Shown here piece by piece: positions 19,733 to 29,600 of a stretch of DNA of 64,000 nt. The DNA lies in contig CALXVY010000005.1 in NCBI GenBank assembly GCA_944392255.1, forward strand, positions 5,961 through 69,960, read 5' to 3'. The notes beneath the pieces are model-generated. The model saw only the letters and a program-made list of their open reading frames with translations, made no database searches and had not been told where the DNA came from. The position numbers and the translations under genes are program-made. Origin of the DNA: an uncultured Alphaproteobacteria bacterium (GTDB taxonomy: Bacteria > Pseudomonadota > Alphaproteobacteria > RF32 > CAG-239). The first letter of the stretch is position 1; every line of letters starts with the position of its first letter.

Positions 19733-20700
19733 TGAAAATATTAAATTTTGACAGTAAAGTTTTTTTAGCTCCTATGGCCGGCATAACAGACAAACCAATG
19801 CGTCATTTGGTCAAAAGCTTTGGTAAAGGGCAAATGGTTTCGGAAATGGTAGCAATCAATGCCATTCAAAGAAAAAATCCCAAAAGTTATAAAATTGCCG
19901 ATGTTAGGGAAGAAAATTATCCTGTTGTTGTGCAGTTAGTAGGTGGAGATCCAGATTTATTTGCTGATGTGTGCCCATTGGTAGAAGAACTTGGTGCTTG
20001 TTCCATAGATATCAATATGGGATGTCCGGTTAAAAAGATAGTTAATAATAATTCAGGTTCATATCTGATGAAAGATATGTTATTAGCCCAAAAAATTATT
20101 CAAACAACGGTAAAATCGACCAAACTTCCGGTAAGTGTAAAGTTTCGTAAAGGCTGGGATAACAATCATGTTAATGCGGTAGAGTTTGCTAAGATGTGTG
20201 AAGATAACGGAGCATCGTATATTACCATACATGGTCGCACGAGAAGTGATTTTTATGCCGGAGAGGCAGATTGGAAAATCATTTCAGAAGTAAAAAATGC
20301 CGTAAAAATACCGGTTGTTGGCAATGGTGATATCACATCTCCGCAAATGGCTAAAAAAATGATAGAAGAAACCGGAGTTGATGCCGTTATGGTCGGTAGG
20401 GGAGCTTTAGGAGCTCCATGGCTCATTTCACAAATACATAATTATTTGGAGAGAGGAGAAGAAACTCAGCCGGTTTCAATTGTTACAATAAAGAATGCAT
20501 TGTTAACACATATTAAAGAATTGATTGCCTATTATGGAGAAAGATTGGCATTGGGCATATCTCGTAAATATGTTTGTTGGTATTGCAAAAATTGTCGAGA
20601 TGCCCGCCGTTTTAGAGAAAACTATGTGAAAATAAATAATTTTCAAGATGCGTATGCGGAAATAGAGCGCTATTTTAATAATTTACAAGAAGAACAATAG
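19732..20700 (+). CDS. dusB: tRNA-dihydrouridine synthase B
   Basis: Motifs LAPMAGITD, DINMGCP and ITIHGRT. Length 322 aa. Confidence 0.9.
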   Translation: MKILNFDSKVFLAPMAGITDKPMRHLVKSFGKGQMVSEMVAINAIQRKNPKSYKIADVREENYPVVVQLVGGDPDLFADVCPLVEELGACSIDINMGCPVKKIVNNNSGSYLMKDMLLAQKIIQTTVKSTKLPVSVKFRKGWDNNHVNAVEFAKMCEDNGASYITIHGRTRSDFYAGEADWKIISEVKNAVKIPVVGNGDITSPQMAKKMIEETGVDAVMVGRGALGAPWLISQIHNYLERGEETQPVSIVTIKNALLTHIKELIAYYGERLALGISRKYVCWYCKNCRDARRFRENYVKINNFQDAYAEIERYFNNLQEEQ

Positions 20701-20711
20701 GAATATTCACA

Positions 20712-22070
20712 ATGAAGATTATTGTTTGCGGGGCAGGCTCAGTCGGAAAAAGTATAGTAAGCTATCTGGTTAAAGGTAATAATGATATCAGTGTAATTGA
20801 TAACAACCAAAAAAGTTTAGATGACTTAGCTCAAGAGTTTGATATATTGCCGGTTTTAGGCTCAGCATCACACCCGTCGGTTTTAGAAAAAGCCGATGCT
20901 GGAAAAGCAAAATTATTGATTGCCGCCACAGATGATGATGAAGTAAATTTAGTATCCTGTTCCGTTGCACAAGCTCTATTTGGAATCTCGCGCAAAATTG
21001 CACGTATCAATTCTCGAGAATTTCAAAATCCGTTATGGTCAATTTTATATAGTGATAAAAATATTCCGGTAGATTTAGTTATTTCTCCGGATGAAGAGAT
21101 AGGTAAATATATCTATAATATTCTCAAAATTCCCGGAACATCGGAAGCACATTCTTTGGTAAACGGCAAAATGCATTTGATTGCTTTTAAGCTTCCGGAA
21201 AACAGCCCATTTATAAAAGTTCCTCTGCTTAATTTAAAACAAATAGATTCAGACATAGAAATAGAAGTCGTTTGTATAAACAGAAAAAATAATATTTTTA
21301 TTCCTTATAAAAATGATGTGTTGGAAGGTGGCGATATAGTCTATATTTTGACAGAAACAGATAAAATAAGCGCTACGATGTCAGCTTTTGGAGCCGAACA
21401 TTCTGCCATAGAGAGATTAATTGTTTTTGGCGGCAACTCTGTATCAAGGTGCATAGGAAGATTAATAGAAAAAGACGATAATATTATCAGTTGCAAAATC
21501 ATAGAAGAAGATTTTGAAAAAGCAGATGAGACCGCAAGAGAATTAAATAAGACCATAGTCTTGCAAGGTCCAATGATGAGTGACAAAATTTTAAGTGAGG
21601 CCGGTATCTATGGTGCAGATGCTGCGGTTTCTGTCACTATGAAAGATGAAGATAATTTGTTATCGTCAATGCTTTCAAAAAAATGTGGTGTTAAAAATAC
21701 AATCGCCTTATTAAATTCACCGGCATATAATAGTTTGGTAGATATTGTTAATAATAATATCTTGGTTGATAGGTCATCGGTGACCATATCGCATATATTA
21801 CATGAGTTGCGTAAAGCAGAAGTAAAAAAAGCATATTCTCTGGGTCGAGGTTTTGCTGAAATTTGGGAGATTCCTTTAGCGGAAGATACAAAAATTGTTG
21901 GACAGACAATAAAAAGTATAGATATGCCGGCAAGTAGCAAAATATGTGCCATAATTCGTGATGAAGAAACAATATATCCATCGGAGACAGAAGTTTTACA
22001 AGCCGGAGATGATTTAATTATTTATGTAGATTCAGCATCAATTCGCAAAGTTGAGAAAATTTTAGATTAA
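20712..22070 (+). CDS. trkA: Trk system potassium uptake protein TrkA
   Basis: IIVCGAGSVGKS Rossmann motif and duplicated RCK architecture. 452 aa, with the conserved position upstream of hfq. Confidence 0.85.
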   Translation: MKIIVCGAGSVGKSIVSYLVKGNNDISVIDNNQKSLDDLAQEFDILPVLGSASHPSVLEKADAGKAKLLIAATDDDEVNLVSCSVAQALFGISRKIARINSREFQNPLWSILYSDKNIPVDLVISPDEEIGKYIYNILKIPGTSEAHSLVNGKMHLIAFKLPENSPFIKVPLLNLKQIDSDIEIEVVCINRKNNIFIPYKNDVLEGGDIVYILTETDKISATMSAFGAEHSAIERLIVFGGNSVSRCIGRLIEKDDNIISCKIIEEDFEKADETARELNKTIVLQGPMMSDKILSEAGIYGADAAVSVTMKDEDNLLSSMLSKKCGVKNTIALLNSPAYNSLVDIVNNNILVDRSSVTISHILHELRKAEVKKAYSLGRGFAEIWEIPLAEDTKIVGQTIKSIDMPASSKICAIIRDEETIYPSETEVLQAGDDLIIYVDSASIRKVEKILD

Positions 22071-22171
22071 ATACAACCGAAATTTGTGCTTTGCGATAAA
22101 TCAAGACTTTACTAATAAAAAAATCAGGTTAATATTAAAAACATTGAATAAAAAAATAAAAGGCAAAAAAA

Positions 22172-22414
22172 ATGACACAAAATGTTCAAGATGATTTTTT
22201 AAATAACCTCAGAGATAACAAAATTTCTGTAACCGTGTTTTTGGTAAATGGTGTAAAATTGCAAGGCTTGATTACATGGTTTGACAGTTTTTCACTTTTG
22301 TTGCGCCGAGATGGTCACACTCAATTGATATATAAGCATGCCATATCTACAATTATGCCGAGCGCCGCAGTAGATATTGAAATTGAAGATGAAAAATCAA
22401 GTTCTGAAGAATAA
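22172..22414 (+). CDS. hfq: RNA chaperone Hfq
   Basis: Sm1/Sm2 motifs: [44 protein letters not shown]. Confidence 0.95.
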   Translation: MTQNVQDDFLNNLRDNKISVTVFLVNGVKLQGLITWFDSFSLLLRRDGHTQLIYKHAISTIMPSAAVDIEIEDEKSSSEE

Positions 22415-22416
22415 TC

Positions 22417-23721
22417 TTGAAAGACAAAAAATCTCCTAATTGTTCAAAAGCTTGTGTAATTTTCCCTTCTGTTCAGGGAAAAGAGATATCCTTGTCTCCC
22501 GAGGCAAGGCTAGATGAAGCCGTAAGACTGGCGCAAGCCATATGGTTGGATATTGTTTATTCCGCCATAGTTAAAGTAAGAGAGATAAAACCGGCTATAT
22601 TTTTCGGTAATGGTTTTCTTGAGCAGCTACAACAGCAAATTTCCGAAAAAAATATTGAGTTGGTTATTGTAGACACTTCATTATCCCCCATACAACAAAG
22701 AAATCTGGAAAAAAAACTCAAAACAAAAGTCATTGACCGAACGGCTTTGATATTGGAGATTTTTGGCGAAAGAGCCAACACCAAAGAAGGAAATTTGCAA
22801 GTCGAATTAGCGCATTTAACTTATCAACGCAGTCGCTTGGTTCGCAGTTGGACCCACTTGGAAAGACAGCGTGGCGGAGCAGGGTTCTTAGGTGGTCCGG
22901 GTGAAACACAAATTGAACTTGATAGGCGTATCATTGATGATAAAATTGTGCGCATAAAAAAAGATTTGGAAAAAGTAAAACGCACACGAGAATTGCAAAG
23001 AGGCGCTCGCAAAAAAGTTCCATATCCGGTTGTTGCGTTAGTTGGTTATACCAATGCCGGAAAATCTTCACTTTTCAATCAGTTATCGCAAGCTAATGTT
23101 TTTGCGCAAGATTTGCTGTTTGCCACCCTTGATCCGACAATGAGAAAAATTCGCCTTCCTTCGGGTAAAGAAGTTATATTGTCAGATACGGTTGGTTTTA
23201 TTTCAGATTTACCGCATGAATTGGTTATGTCCTTTCGAGCCACTTTGGAAGAGGTATTATCGGCAGATATTGTTGTGCATGTCAGAGATTTGGCAAATCC
23301 GGATAATCAACAACAAAAACAAGATGTTTTAGAGGTTTTGCATCACTTAGGTTTAGAACATATTGAAAATCGAGATAATTATTTGGAACTCTGGAATAAA
23401 ACAGATATTTTGAATGCAGAAGAAAAGCACTATGTTCAAGAAAATGCCAAAAGATTTCCATATATCATACCCACATCAGCAGTCAGCGGAGAGGGATGTG
23501 AAGCATTTTTGCAAGCTCTTGATGATAAATTATCTCAACATTATCAACTCATAGAGGTTAAAATTCCTTCAGAAAACGGAAAAGAACTGGCATGGATACA
23601 TCAAAATGCTCAAGTTCAGTCAATAGAAAATCATGATAATTATCAGTTGGTTTATGCTAAAATAGATAATGTCAATTTAGCAAAACTTAATAATCGGATG
23701 AAAATAAAAATACTAAAATAG
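22417..23721 (+). CDS. hflX: GTPase HflX
   Basis: TTG start 2 nt after the hfq stop. G1 is GYTNAGKSSLFNQL, G3 is DTVGF and G4 is NKTD. An HflX N-domain is present. Confidence 0.9.
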   Translation: MKDKKSPNCSKACVIFPSVQGKEISLSPEARLDEAVRLAQAIWLDIVYSAIVKVREIKPAIFFGNGFLEQLQQQISEKNIELVIVDTSLSPIQQRNLEKKLKTKVIDRTALILEIFGERANTKEGNLQVELAHLTYQRSRLVRSWTHLERQRGGAGFLGGPGETQIELDRRIIDDKIVRIKKDLEKVKRTRELQRGARKKVPYPVVALVGYTNAGKSSLFNQLSQANVFAQDLLFATLDPTMRKIRLPSGKEVILSDTVGFISDLPHELVMSFRATLEEVLSADIVVHVRDLANPDNQQQKQDVLEVLHHLGLEHIENRDNYLELWNKTDILNAEEKHYVQENAKRFPYIIPTSAVSGEGCEAFLQALDDKLSQHYQLIEVKIPSENGKELAWIHQNAQVQSIENHDNYQLVYAKIDNVNLAKLNNRMKIKILK

Positions 23722-23782
23722 GTTGAATTTGAAAGAAGAGAATATAAATAGCAATATTATAACAACAAAAAGGAGCGGATTG

Positions 23783-24181
23783 ATGAAAAAATGGATATTT
23801 TCTTTTGCATTTCTGGTTTCTTCATGCGCAGGGAGCAATGGTGCCATTAAATATCAAGAAAATTTGCAACAATGGATAGGAATGCCAGAGCCAAGTCTAT
23901 ATGATTCATGGGGTACGCCGACAACCGTATGGAATATAGATCCGCAAACCAAAGTTGTGACATATATTTCAAGAGAAAATACCCCGATAAACGGCGATTC
24001 TGATCCGTATAATGGCGTTGGTGTTGATGAAAACGGCATTCCGCAAGCAAATTTTGGTGAAAATTTGTGGGATAATCAAAATGATGATTATTATTGCAAA
24101 ACCTCATTCACAATCACAAATGGCGAGGTTGTAAATTATAATTTCAACGGAGATGATTGCGTCGTTCCGGTCAAATGGTAA
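23783..24181 (+). CDS. Small lipoprotein, unknown function
   Basis: ATG at 23783 has AGGAG at 23771-23775. The lipobox is FLVSSC. The ORF-track TTG start at 23723 is less likely. Confidence 0.6.
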   Translation: MKKWIFSFAFLVSSCAGSNGAIKYQENLQQWIGMPEPSLYDSWGTPTTVWNIDPQTKVVTYISRENTPINGDSDPYNGVGVDENGIPQANFGENLWDNQNDDYYCKTSFTITNGEVVNYNFNGDDCVVPVKW

Positions 24182-25065
24182 TGCTACAATTTCAACCGCT
24201 GTCTCTGGCACAAAGAGATAAATATAATATTTATTATCAACGATGTAGAGAAAAAAGTTCTGATACATCATTTATCAATCTATGGGCGTGGAATAATAAG
24301 TATCAAACCGAAATAGCTTTTGCAGAAGATTTATGTTGGTTGCGTTTTCGCAAAGAAAACGATTATATTTATGGCCCGCCTTTAGGAGATTATAAGTTTG
24401 TCAATTGGCAAAAATTGTTTGCGCAATATTTTCCTAAACAAGCGCAATTCAAAAGTGTTACAGAAACTTTGGTTAAAGATTTGCAAAAAGTTTTTGCATC
24501 TAGGATAGAGGTTTTAGAAGATAGAGATAATTGGGAATATTTATATAATATTGCCGATTTAATAAATTTGAGCGGTGAAAAATATCGCAATCAGCGCAAA
24601 TTATCTAATCAATTTATGCAAAATAATAATTACAAACTTGAGCCAATAGATGAGAGAAACATTGCCTCGGTAAGAATTTTTCAGCAAGAATGGTTAGAAC
24701 AAAATAAAGAAAAATCAATAAGCTTAGAGCAAGAAAATGAAGCTATTAATAAAGTTTTGGATTCTTGGTTGGATTTAAGTAATCATATCTTTGGCTATAT
24801 ATTGTTTGTAAATGATAATATTGTCGGATATACAATAGGTGAAAAACAAGATGAAGAAAATATAATTATTCATTTTGAAAAAGCTTTGTATGATGTCAGA
24901 GGCGCTTATCCGGCAATCAACAAATTAACATTACAAAATATGTTACAGTATAAGATTGTCAATCGCGAACAAGATTTAGGAATAGAAGGGTTGAGAAGAG
25001 CTAAAGAAGAATATAACCCAATTGGATTTATTAAGAAATATCAATTAGTTTTTCGGCAAGGATAA
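24181..25065 (+). CDS. DUF2156-like protein (stand-alone MprF C-terminal / aminoacyl-PG synthase-like domain)
   Basis: ATG at 24181 overlaps the upstream stop (TAATG). The pattern LSLAQRDKYNIYY...SDTSFINLWAWNNKY...LCWLRF and the ~295-aa length fit DUF2156 as I remember it. Confidence 0.45.
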   Translation: MLQFQPLSLAQRDKYNIYYQRCREKSSDTSFINLWAWNNKYQTEIAFAEDLCWLRFRKENDYIYGPPLGDYKFVNWQKLFAQYFPKQAQFKSVTETLVKDLQKVFASRIEVLEDRDNWEYLYNIADLINLSGEKYRNQRKLSNQFMQNNNYKLEPIDERNIASVRIFQQEWLEQNKEKSISLEQENEAINKVLDSWLDLSNHIFGYILFVNDNIVGYTIGEKQDEENIIIHFEKALYDVRGAYPAINKLTLQNMLQYKIVNREQDLGIEGLRRAKEEYNPIGFIKKYQLVFRQG

Positions 25066-25509
25066 CCCTTCGTGCTGAACAATCATTCCGCGATGCAGCG
25101 CTTTTTCACGAACAGTTCCGGCATTGAGTTCAATCACGGCAATAGTGCGATTGGGAGAATAAATCAACCTTTCGGATAAAGGCTCGGCATTCTCAACAAT
25201 ACCGCTGATTTGGTGCTTATCATTAACAAAAATCATATCTAAGGGCAGATAAGTATTTTTCATCCAAAATGCTGTTTGATGAGGTTCAGGAAAAAGAAAA
25301 ATCATTCCTTGATTTTTAGGCATAGATTTTCGATACATAAGGCCAAGAGCCAGCTCTTGAGGACTTTGAGCGGTTTCTACATTAAAATCAATTTGTTGTC
25401 CATTACTTTTGAATGTTAGAGATGAAAGTTCTCTTTGCGGATTTTTTTCAGTTTCAAAACAAGCAGAAAGCAACAACAAAAGTCCAGCAAAGACAGATAT
25501 CTTTTTCAT
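25045..25509 (-). CDS. DUF192 (COG1430) family lipoprotein
   Basis: ATG at 25509 gives MKKISVFAGLLLLLSAC (lipobox). The product contains GLMYRKSMPKNQGMIFLF...WMKNTYLPLDMIFV...IAVIELNAG. The ORF-track start at 25632 adds an implausible extension. Confidence 0.7.
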   Translation of the reverse strand: MKKISVFAGLLLLLSACFETEKNPQRELSSLTFKSNGQQIDFNVETAQSPQELALGLMYRKSMPKNQGMIFLFPEPHQTAFWMKNTYLPLDMIFVNDKHQISGIVENAEPLSERLIYSPNRTIAVIELNAGTVREKALHRGMIVQHEGLSLPKN

Positions 25510-25513
25510 TATG

Positions 25514-26035
25514 TTAAACCTTTTTATTAACTTTTTTAGGCTGCCATTGAGAAACAACGACCGGTCCATGTTGAGACATACGAATACGATTGTTAGGCGT
25601 TTTTTCTTTATCTGTTTTAAAAAGTTCGGCAATTTGCTTCATATCAACAGCAATTATGTTATCTTTATGATAGTAAGATTGAAAAGCCTGACTCTGTTTT
25701 ATGGTTGAACGTAAGTCCAACAATGGCAGATGAGCATATTTATCCCAGATTTGTTCCAAAAAAACAGCAGTTTTATCATCAATTTTAATATGAGGCATAT
25801 AAGGATGCCCATTGGCAAAAACTTTGAGTAGATTAGGCTCAAGAAAACCTTTTTCCGTGGCAATGAACATTGATGGAAACAAAATTTCGTCCCCATGGCG
25901 CTGCATATAAACGATTTGCGCTAAAAAAAGTAAATGATGCAATTTTTCATCTTCAATAAAAAATTGTTTTTTATCGGCAAATTGTAAAAACCAATAAGCT
26001 GCATCAAAAGCGGAAGGGACGGCAATTTTAGGCAT
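25514..26035 (-). CDS. Panacea (DUF4065)/SocA-like domain protein
   Basis: AFDAAYWFLQF...EKLHHLLFLAQIVYMQRHGDEILFPSMFIATEKGFLEPNLLKVF matches the remembered DUF4065 pattern (KLqKLLYyAq...F.AW..GPv.p.vY). It ends 4 nt upstream of the DUF192 gene. Confidence 0.5.
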   Translation of the reverse strand: MPKIAVPSAFDAAYWFLQFADKKQFFIEDEKLHHLLFLAQIVYMQRHGDEILFPSMFIATEKGFLEPNLLKVFANGHPYMPHIKIDDKTAVFLEQIWDKYAHLPLLDLRSTIKQSQAFQSYYHKDNIIAVDMKQIAELFKTDKEKTPNNRIRMSQHGPVVVSQWQPKKVNKKV

Positions 26036-26205
26036 TTTTCATTCCTTATAAAAATTTATTAAAGGTATTATACGACATAATTTGCAAAACAAAATTATTA
26101 AAATATCCCTGTTGATTACTTTTTATCTCTTGTTTTATCACAAGTAATATTATATCAATAATGAAGAATTAATTTGAGATTAGTTTATTTTTGGGATTCA
26201 AAAAC

Positions 26206-27009
26206 ATGAAAGCGCTTCAAGATATTAAATTATATTGTGGAATTTTTGGTATGACGGCATTGTTGTGTTCTTGTTCATCAGCCGTTTTTCCTGATATTAC
26301 CGAAGATGAGGAAGATGTTGTTGTCAGCCAAGATGGCGATGAAGATAGCTCTTTTATCGGAAGAAAAAGCAAGAAAATAGAGTTATCTATGCCGGAAGAA
26401 GGTGAAAGTCTGCAAGCAGATACAAAAAATGTAGCCTATGATAATGAAAAACCCGATATTCCGTTTGCAGCCAAAACCAAGCCAGTAAAAAAAGAAGAAT
26501 TAAAAGAAAGTAAGGCCGAAGCAGAAAAAGCCTTGTCGGAAAATACAAAGAAAAAAGAAGAAAAGTCTAAAAAAATAGACATTCCGCAGAAACCGGTTAT
26601 TTCTGCCGCAGATTTTGCTGCAAATGAAGAAGAAAATGCCATTCCGAGTGTTAGTTATAGATTAGATACTTTTTATTTTGCTAATGGCAGTTCATCACTC
26701 GATTCTCAATACAATAAACAGATTCGTAATATTGTTAAATTGGCAAAATCTAAGAAAAATTCTATTGTAACGGTTAAGGGCTATGCTTCAAGCCGTACAC
26801 GCAATACAGATCCAGTCAGCCACAAATTGGCAAACTTTAAGGTTTCTGCGGCAAGAGCGCAAAGCGTTGCTGAAGCTTTGAAGAGATATGGTTTGCCGGC
26901 AAGCAAGATTCAAACCGAAGCTTTATCAGATTCAATGCCTGCTTATCAAGAGGTTATGCCTGAAGGCGAGCGTTTGAACCGCCGTGTAGAAGTTTATATT
27001 GCTTATTAA
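26206..27009 (+). CDS. OmpA-family (peptidoglycan-binding) lipoprotein
   Basis: ATG at 26206 and lipobox ALLCSC. A K/E-rich linker precedes the C-terminal OmpA domain (FYFANGSSSLD...NFKVSAARAQSVAEAL...NRRVEVYI). Confidence 0.8.
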   Translation: MKALQDIKLYCGIFGMTALLCSCSSAVFPDITEDEEDVVVSQDGDEDSSFIGRKSKKIELSMPEEGESLQADTKNVAYDNEKPDIPFAAKTKPVKKEELKESKAEAEKALSENTKKKEEKSKKIDIPQKPVISAADFAANEEENAIPSVSYRLDTFYFANGSSSLDSQYNKQIRNIVKLAKSKKNSIVTVKGYASSRTRNTDPVSHKLANFKVSAARAQSVAEALKRYGLPASKIQTEALSDSMPAYQEVMPEGERLNRRVEVYIAY

Positions 27010-27024
27010 AGCTCAGGTGGTTGA

Positions 27025-28794
27025 GTGGAAGAAGCTTTAGAAAATGAAAAATCTTTAGGGGGCAACCTGTGGAAGGTTGTCCCTGTTAATGAGCGTTTAA
27101 TAGAAAGTATCAGCCAAAAATATCATTTGCCCTATTTAATTGCGCGGCTTTTATATTTGCGCGGCATAAAAGAAGAAGATATCAAAAATTTTATTGAACC
27201 CAAATTACAAACATTATTACCGGACCCGTCTTGCTTAAAAGATATGGATAAGGCAGCGGCGCGTATTGCCGATGCGGTAATTAAGAAGGAACAAATCGGT
27301 ATTATCGGAGATTATGATGTTGATGGAGCCACATCTTCTTCGGTTTTACGTTTGTTTTTAGAAAGTGTGGGGCTAAATCCATTAATTCATATACCGGATA
27401 GGGAAGAAGGCTACGGCCCCAGTAAAATGGCCATAGACGAGTTTATGGCTGCAGGCGTTGATTTGGTTATCACCACGGATTGCGGTACCACAGCTTTTGC
27501 GCCGTTTGAATATGCCAAAGAGAAAAATATTCCGGTCATTGTTTTAGATCATCACGAAGCCGAAGTTTTACTGCCTCCGGTCTATGCTTTGGTCAACCCC
27601 AAGCGTTTAGATGAAACCTGTGATGTGGAATATTTGAAATATATGGCCGCTGTTGGCGTGGTTTTTGTAACAATTGTTGCAATTAATCGAGAATTGCGCC
27701 GTCGAGGATTTTTTACGCAAGAGAATCCGGAGCCTAATTTACTTCAGTGGTTAGACCTGGTTGCTCTGGGTACGGTTTGTGATGTTGTCCCGCTTAAAGG
27801 GTTAAATCGAGCTTTTGTTCGCCAAGGTTTGAAAGTAATGTCAAAACGCACCAATCTAGGCATTCGCGCATTGGTCGATAAAGCCGGTTTGACAGAAGCG
27901 CCTACCGCTTTTCATTTAGGCTATGTCCTAGGGCCGAGAATCAACGCTTGTGGCAGAGTAGGCGATTCAGCTCTCGGAAATAAGCTTTTATGTATGAAAG
28001 ATGAAAAACAAGCACAGCTACTGGCCGATAAGCTAGGAGAATTTAATCAGCAACGCAAAGAAATTGAAAATTATGTATTGCTCAATGCCATTGAAATGTT
28101 AGAAGGAACGCCGCAGACCTATCCGATTGCTTTTGTTGCGGGGCATGATTGGCATCAAGGTGTTATTGGTATTGTTGCCGGAAAATTAAAAGAAAGATAT
28201 AATTTACCGTCTTTTGTAATGTCCATAGAGGCAGATGAGGTTAAAGGCTCAGCCCGCTCCATTCCGCAGGTGGATTTAGGCGCTTTGGTAATAGCCGCAA
28301 AAGAAAAAGGCTTATTGACCAAAGGCGGCGGACATACAATGGCGGCAGGATTTTCTTTAAACGAAGACAAAATTGAAGATTTCAAAAAGTTTGTCGGCGA
28401 ATATGTCAGCGAAAAAATCGGTGGAGAAGCTATTGTACCGGTAATAGATATTGATGGAGAGTTGGAATTATCGGGTGCAACATTAGATTTAGCCGATAAT
28501 TTGGAAATGTTGGAACCCTATGGTTCAGGCAATAGTGAGCCAAAATTGTTATTGCATCGCGTTCGCATCAACAAAGCCTCAATTATCGGTAGCGGTCATG
28601 TTAAATGCTTTTTAGGCTCAGATAACGGTGGTTCGGTTAAAGGTATAGCCTTTCGGGTTGCCGATAATGATATTGGGCAAGCCATGCTCAATGCCAAAGG
28701 AGAAGTTTTTGATGTTGTCGGTGTCTTAAGAAAAGATAGCTGGCAAGGAAGAAATTCGGTGCAGTTTATGATAGAAGATATCAAGAGGTGCTAA
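27025..28794 (+). CDS. recJ: Single-stranded-DNA-specific exonuclease RecJ
   Basis: GTG start with AGGTGG upstream. Motifs GDYDVDGATS, ITTDCG, VLDHHE and GGGHTMAAG (DHHA1). Length 589 aa. Confidence 0.9.
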   Translation: MEEALENEKSLGGNLWKVVPVNERLIESISQKYHLPYLIARLLYLRGIKEEDIKNFIEPKLQTLLPDPSCLKDMDKAAARIADAVIKKEQIGIIGDYDVDGATSSSVLRLFLESVGLNPLIHIPDREEGYGPSKMAIDEFMAAGVDLVITTDCGTTAFAPFEYAKEKNIPVIVLDHHEAEVLLPPVYALVNPKRLDETCDVEYLKYMAAVGVVFVTIVAINRELRRRGFFTQENPEPNLLQWLDLVALGTVCDVVPLKGLNRAFVRQGLKVMSKRTNLGIRALVDKAGLTEAPTAFHLGYVLGPRINACGRVGDSALGNKLLCMKDEKQAQLLADKLGEFNQQRKEIENYVLLNAIEMLEGTPQTYPIAFVAGHDWHQGVIGIVAGKLKERYNLPSFVMSIEADEVKGSARSIPQVDLGALVIAAKEKGLLTKGGGHTMAAGFSLNEDKIEDFKKFVGEYVSEKIGGEAIVPVIDIDGELELSGATLDLADNLEMLEPYGSGNSEPKLLLHRVRINKASIIGSGHVKCFLGSDNGGSVKGIAFRVADNDIGQAMLNAKGEVFDVVGVLRKDSWQGRNSVQFMIEDIKRC

Positions 28795-29514
28795 ATGAGT
28801 AATAACGAAAAAAATGTCAAAAAAAGAGCTCAACATATAAAAAAAATCAGATTAGAGCGAGAAAAGGCCGTATTTATGAAGGTCAGTGCTAAAATAAGAG
28901 CCTATTTATTTACTGGTATTTTGGTAACGGCACCGGTTGCCATCACTTTTTACATGGCTTATAAGTTTATTTATTGGATAGACGGAATGGTCGGTAAAAT
29001 GATGCCTCCGCAAGTCAGAGAATATTTTATTATGTATGATATTCCGATGATTCCCGGTTTAGGATTGATTATATTAATAGCCGCCTTAATTGTAGTCGGA
29101 ATGTTTGCCGCCGGTTTTTTAGGCAAATTTTTCATGCGCTTGGGAGAGTGGATAGTTTATAAATTGCCGGTTATTTCTAGTGTCTATTCACTTTTAAAGC
29201 AAGTTTTTGAGACTTTTCTTTCCAACAAGACTCAATCGTTTAATAAAGTGGTAATGTTGGAATATCCGCGCAAGGGAATTTGGATTTTAGGTTTTGTAAG
29301 TTCAGATACCAAAGGTGAGGTAAAACAATATTTCGGCGGGGAAGAAATGCTCAATATTTTTATTCCGACAACCCCGAACCCAACCTCAGGTTTTTTGATT
29401 TTTGTTCCCAAAAAAGACACAATTGAGTTGAATATGAGTGTTGAGGAAGGCTTAAAATTTGTCATTTCTTGCGGTATTGCCGAACCAGATGCCGAAAAAT
29501 TGAAGAAAAAATAA
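28795..29514 (+). CDS. DUF502 family membrane protein
   Basis: Two N-terminal TM helices, the motif YKLPVISSVYSLLKQVF and PTTPNPTSGFLIFVPK. The start abuts the recJ stop. Confidence 0.7.
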   Translation: MSNNEKNVKKRAQHIKKIRLEREKAVFMKVSAKIRAYLFTGILVTAPVAITFYMAYKFIYWIDGMVGKMMPPQVREYFIMYDIPMIPGLGLIILIAALIVVGMFAAGFLGKFFMRLGEWIVYKLPVISSVYSLLKQVFETFLSNKTQSFNKVVMLEYPRKGIWILGFVSSDTKGEVKQYFGGEEMLNIFIPTTPNPTSGFLIFVPKKDTIELNMSVEEGLKFVISCGIAEPDAEKLKKK

Positions 29515-29553
29515 TAAAAAATACTTTTTTTTGTTATTTTTTTGAGAAAAGAC

Positions 29554-29582
29554 TTGATTATTTATTAAGAGTATTTTATACA
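29554..29582 (+). promoter_or_regulatory. Putative sigma70-type promoter of tRNA-Leu
   Basis: TTGATT (29554-29559), N17, TATACA (29577-29582). The element ends 18 nt upstream of the mature tRNA 5' end. Confidence 0.4.
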
Positions 29583-29600
29583 AGCTTTAGTTTTTGATTT

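Noticed and set aside
25514-25896. Internal ORFs 25409-25708 (plus strand) and 25699-25896 (minus strand, alternate frame) within the Panacea-like/DUF192 region
   Set aside because: They are short, low-complexity and out of frame with, or antisense to, the two well-supported genes. Neither has a ribosome-binding site.
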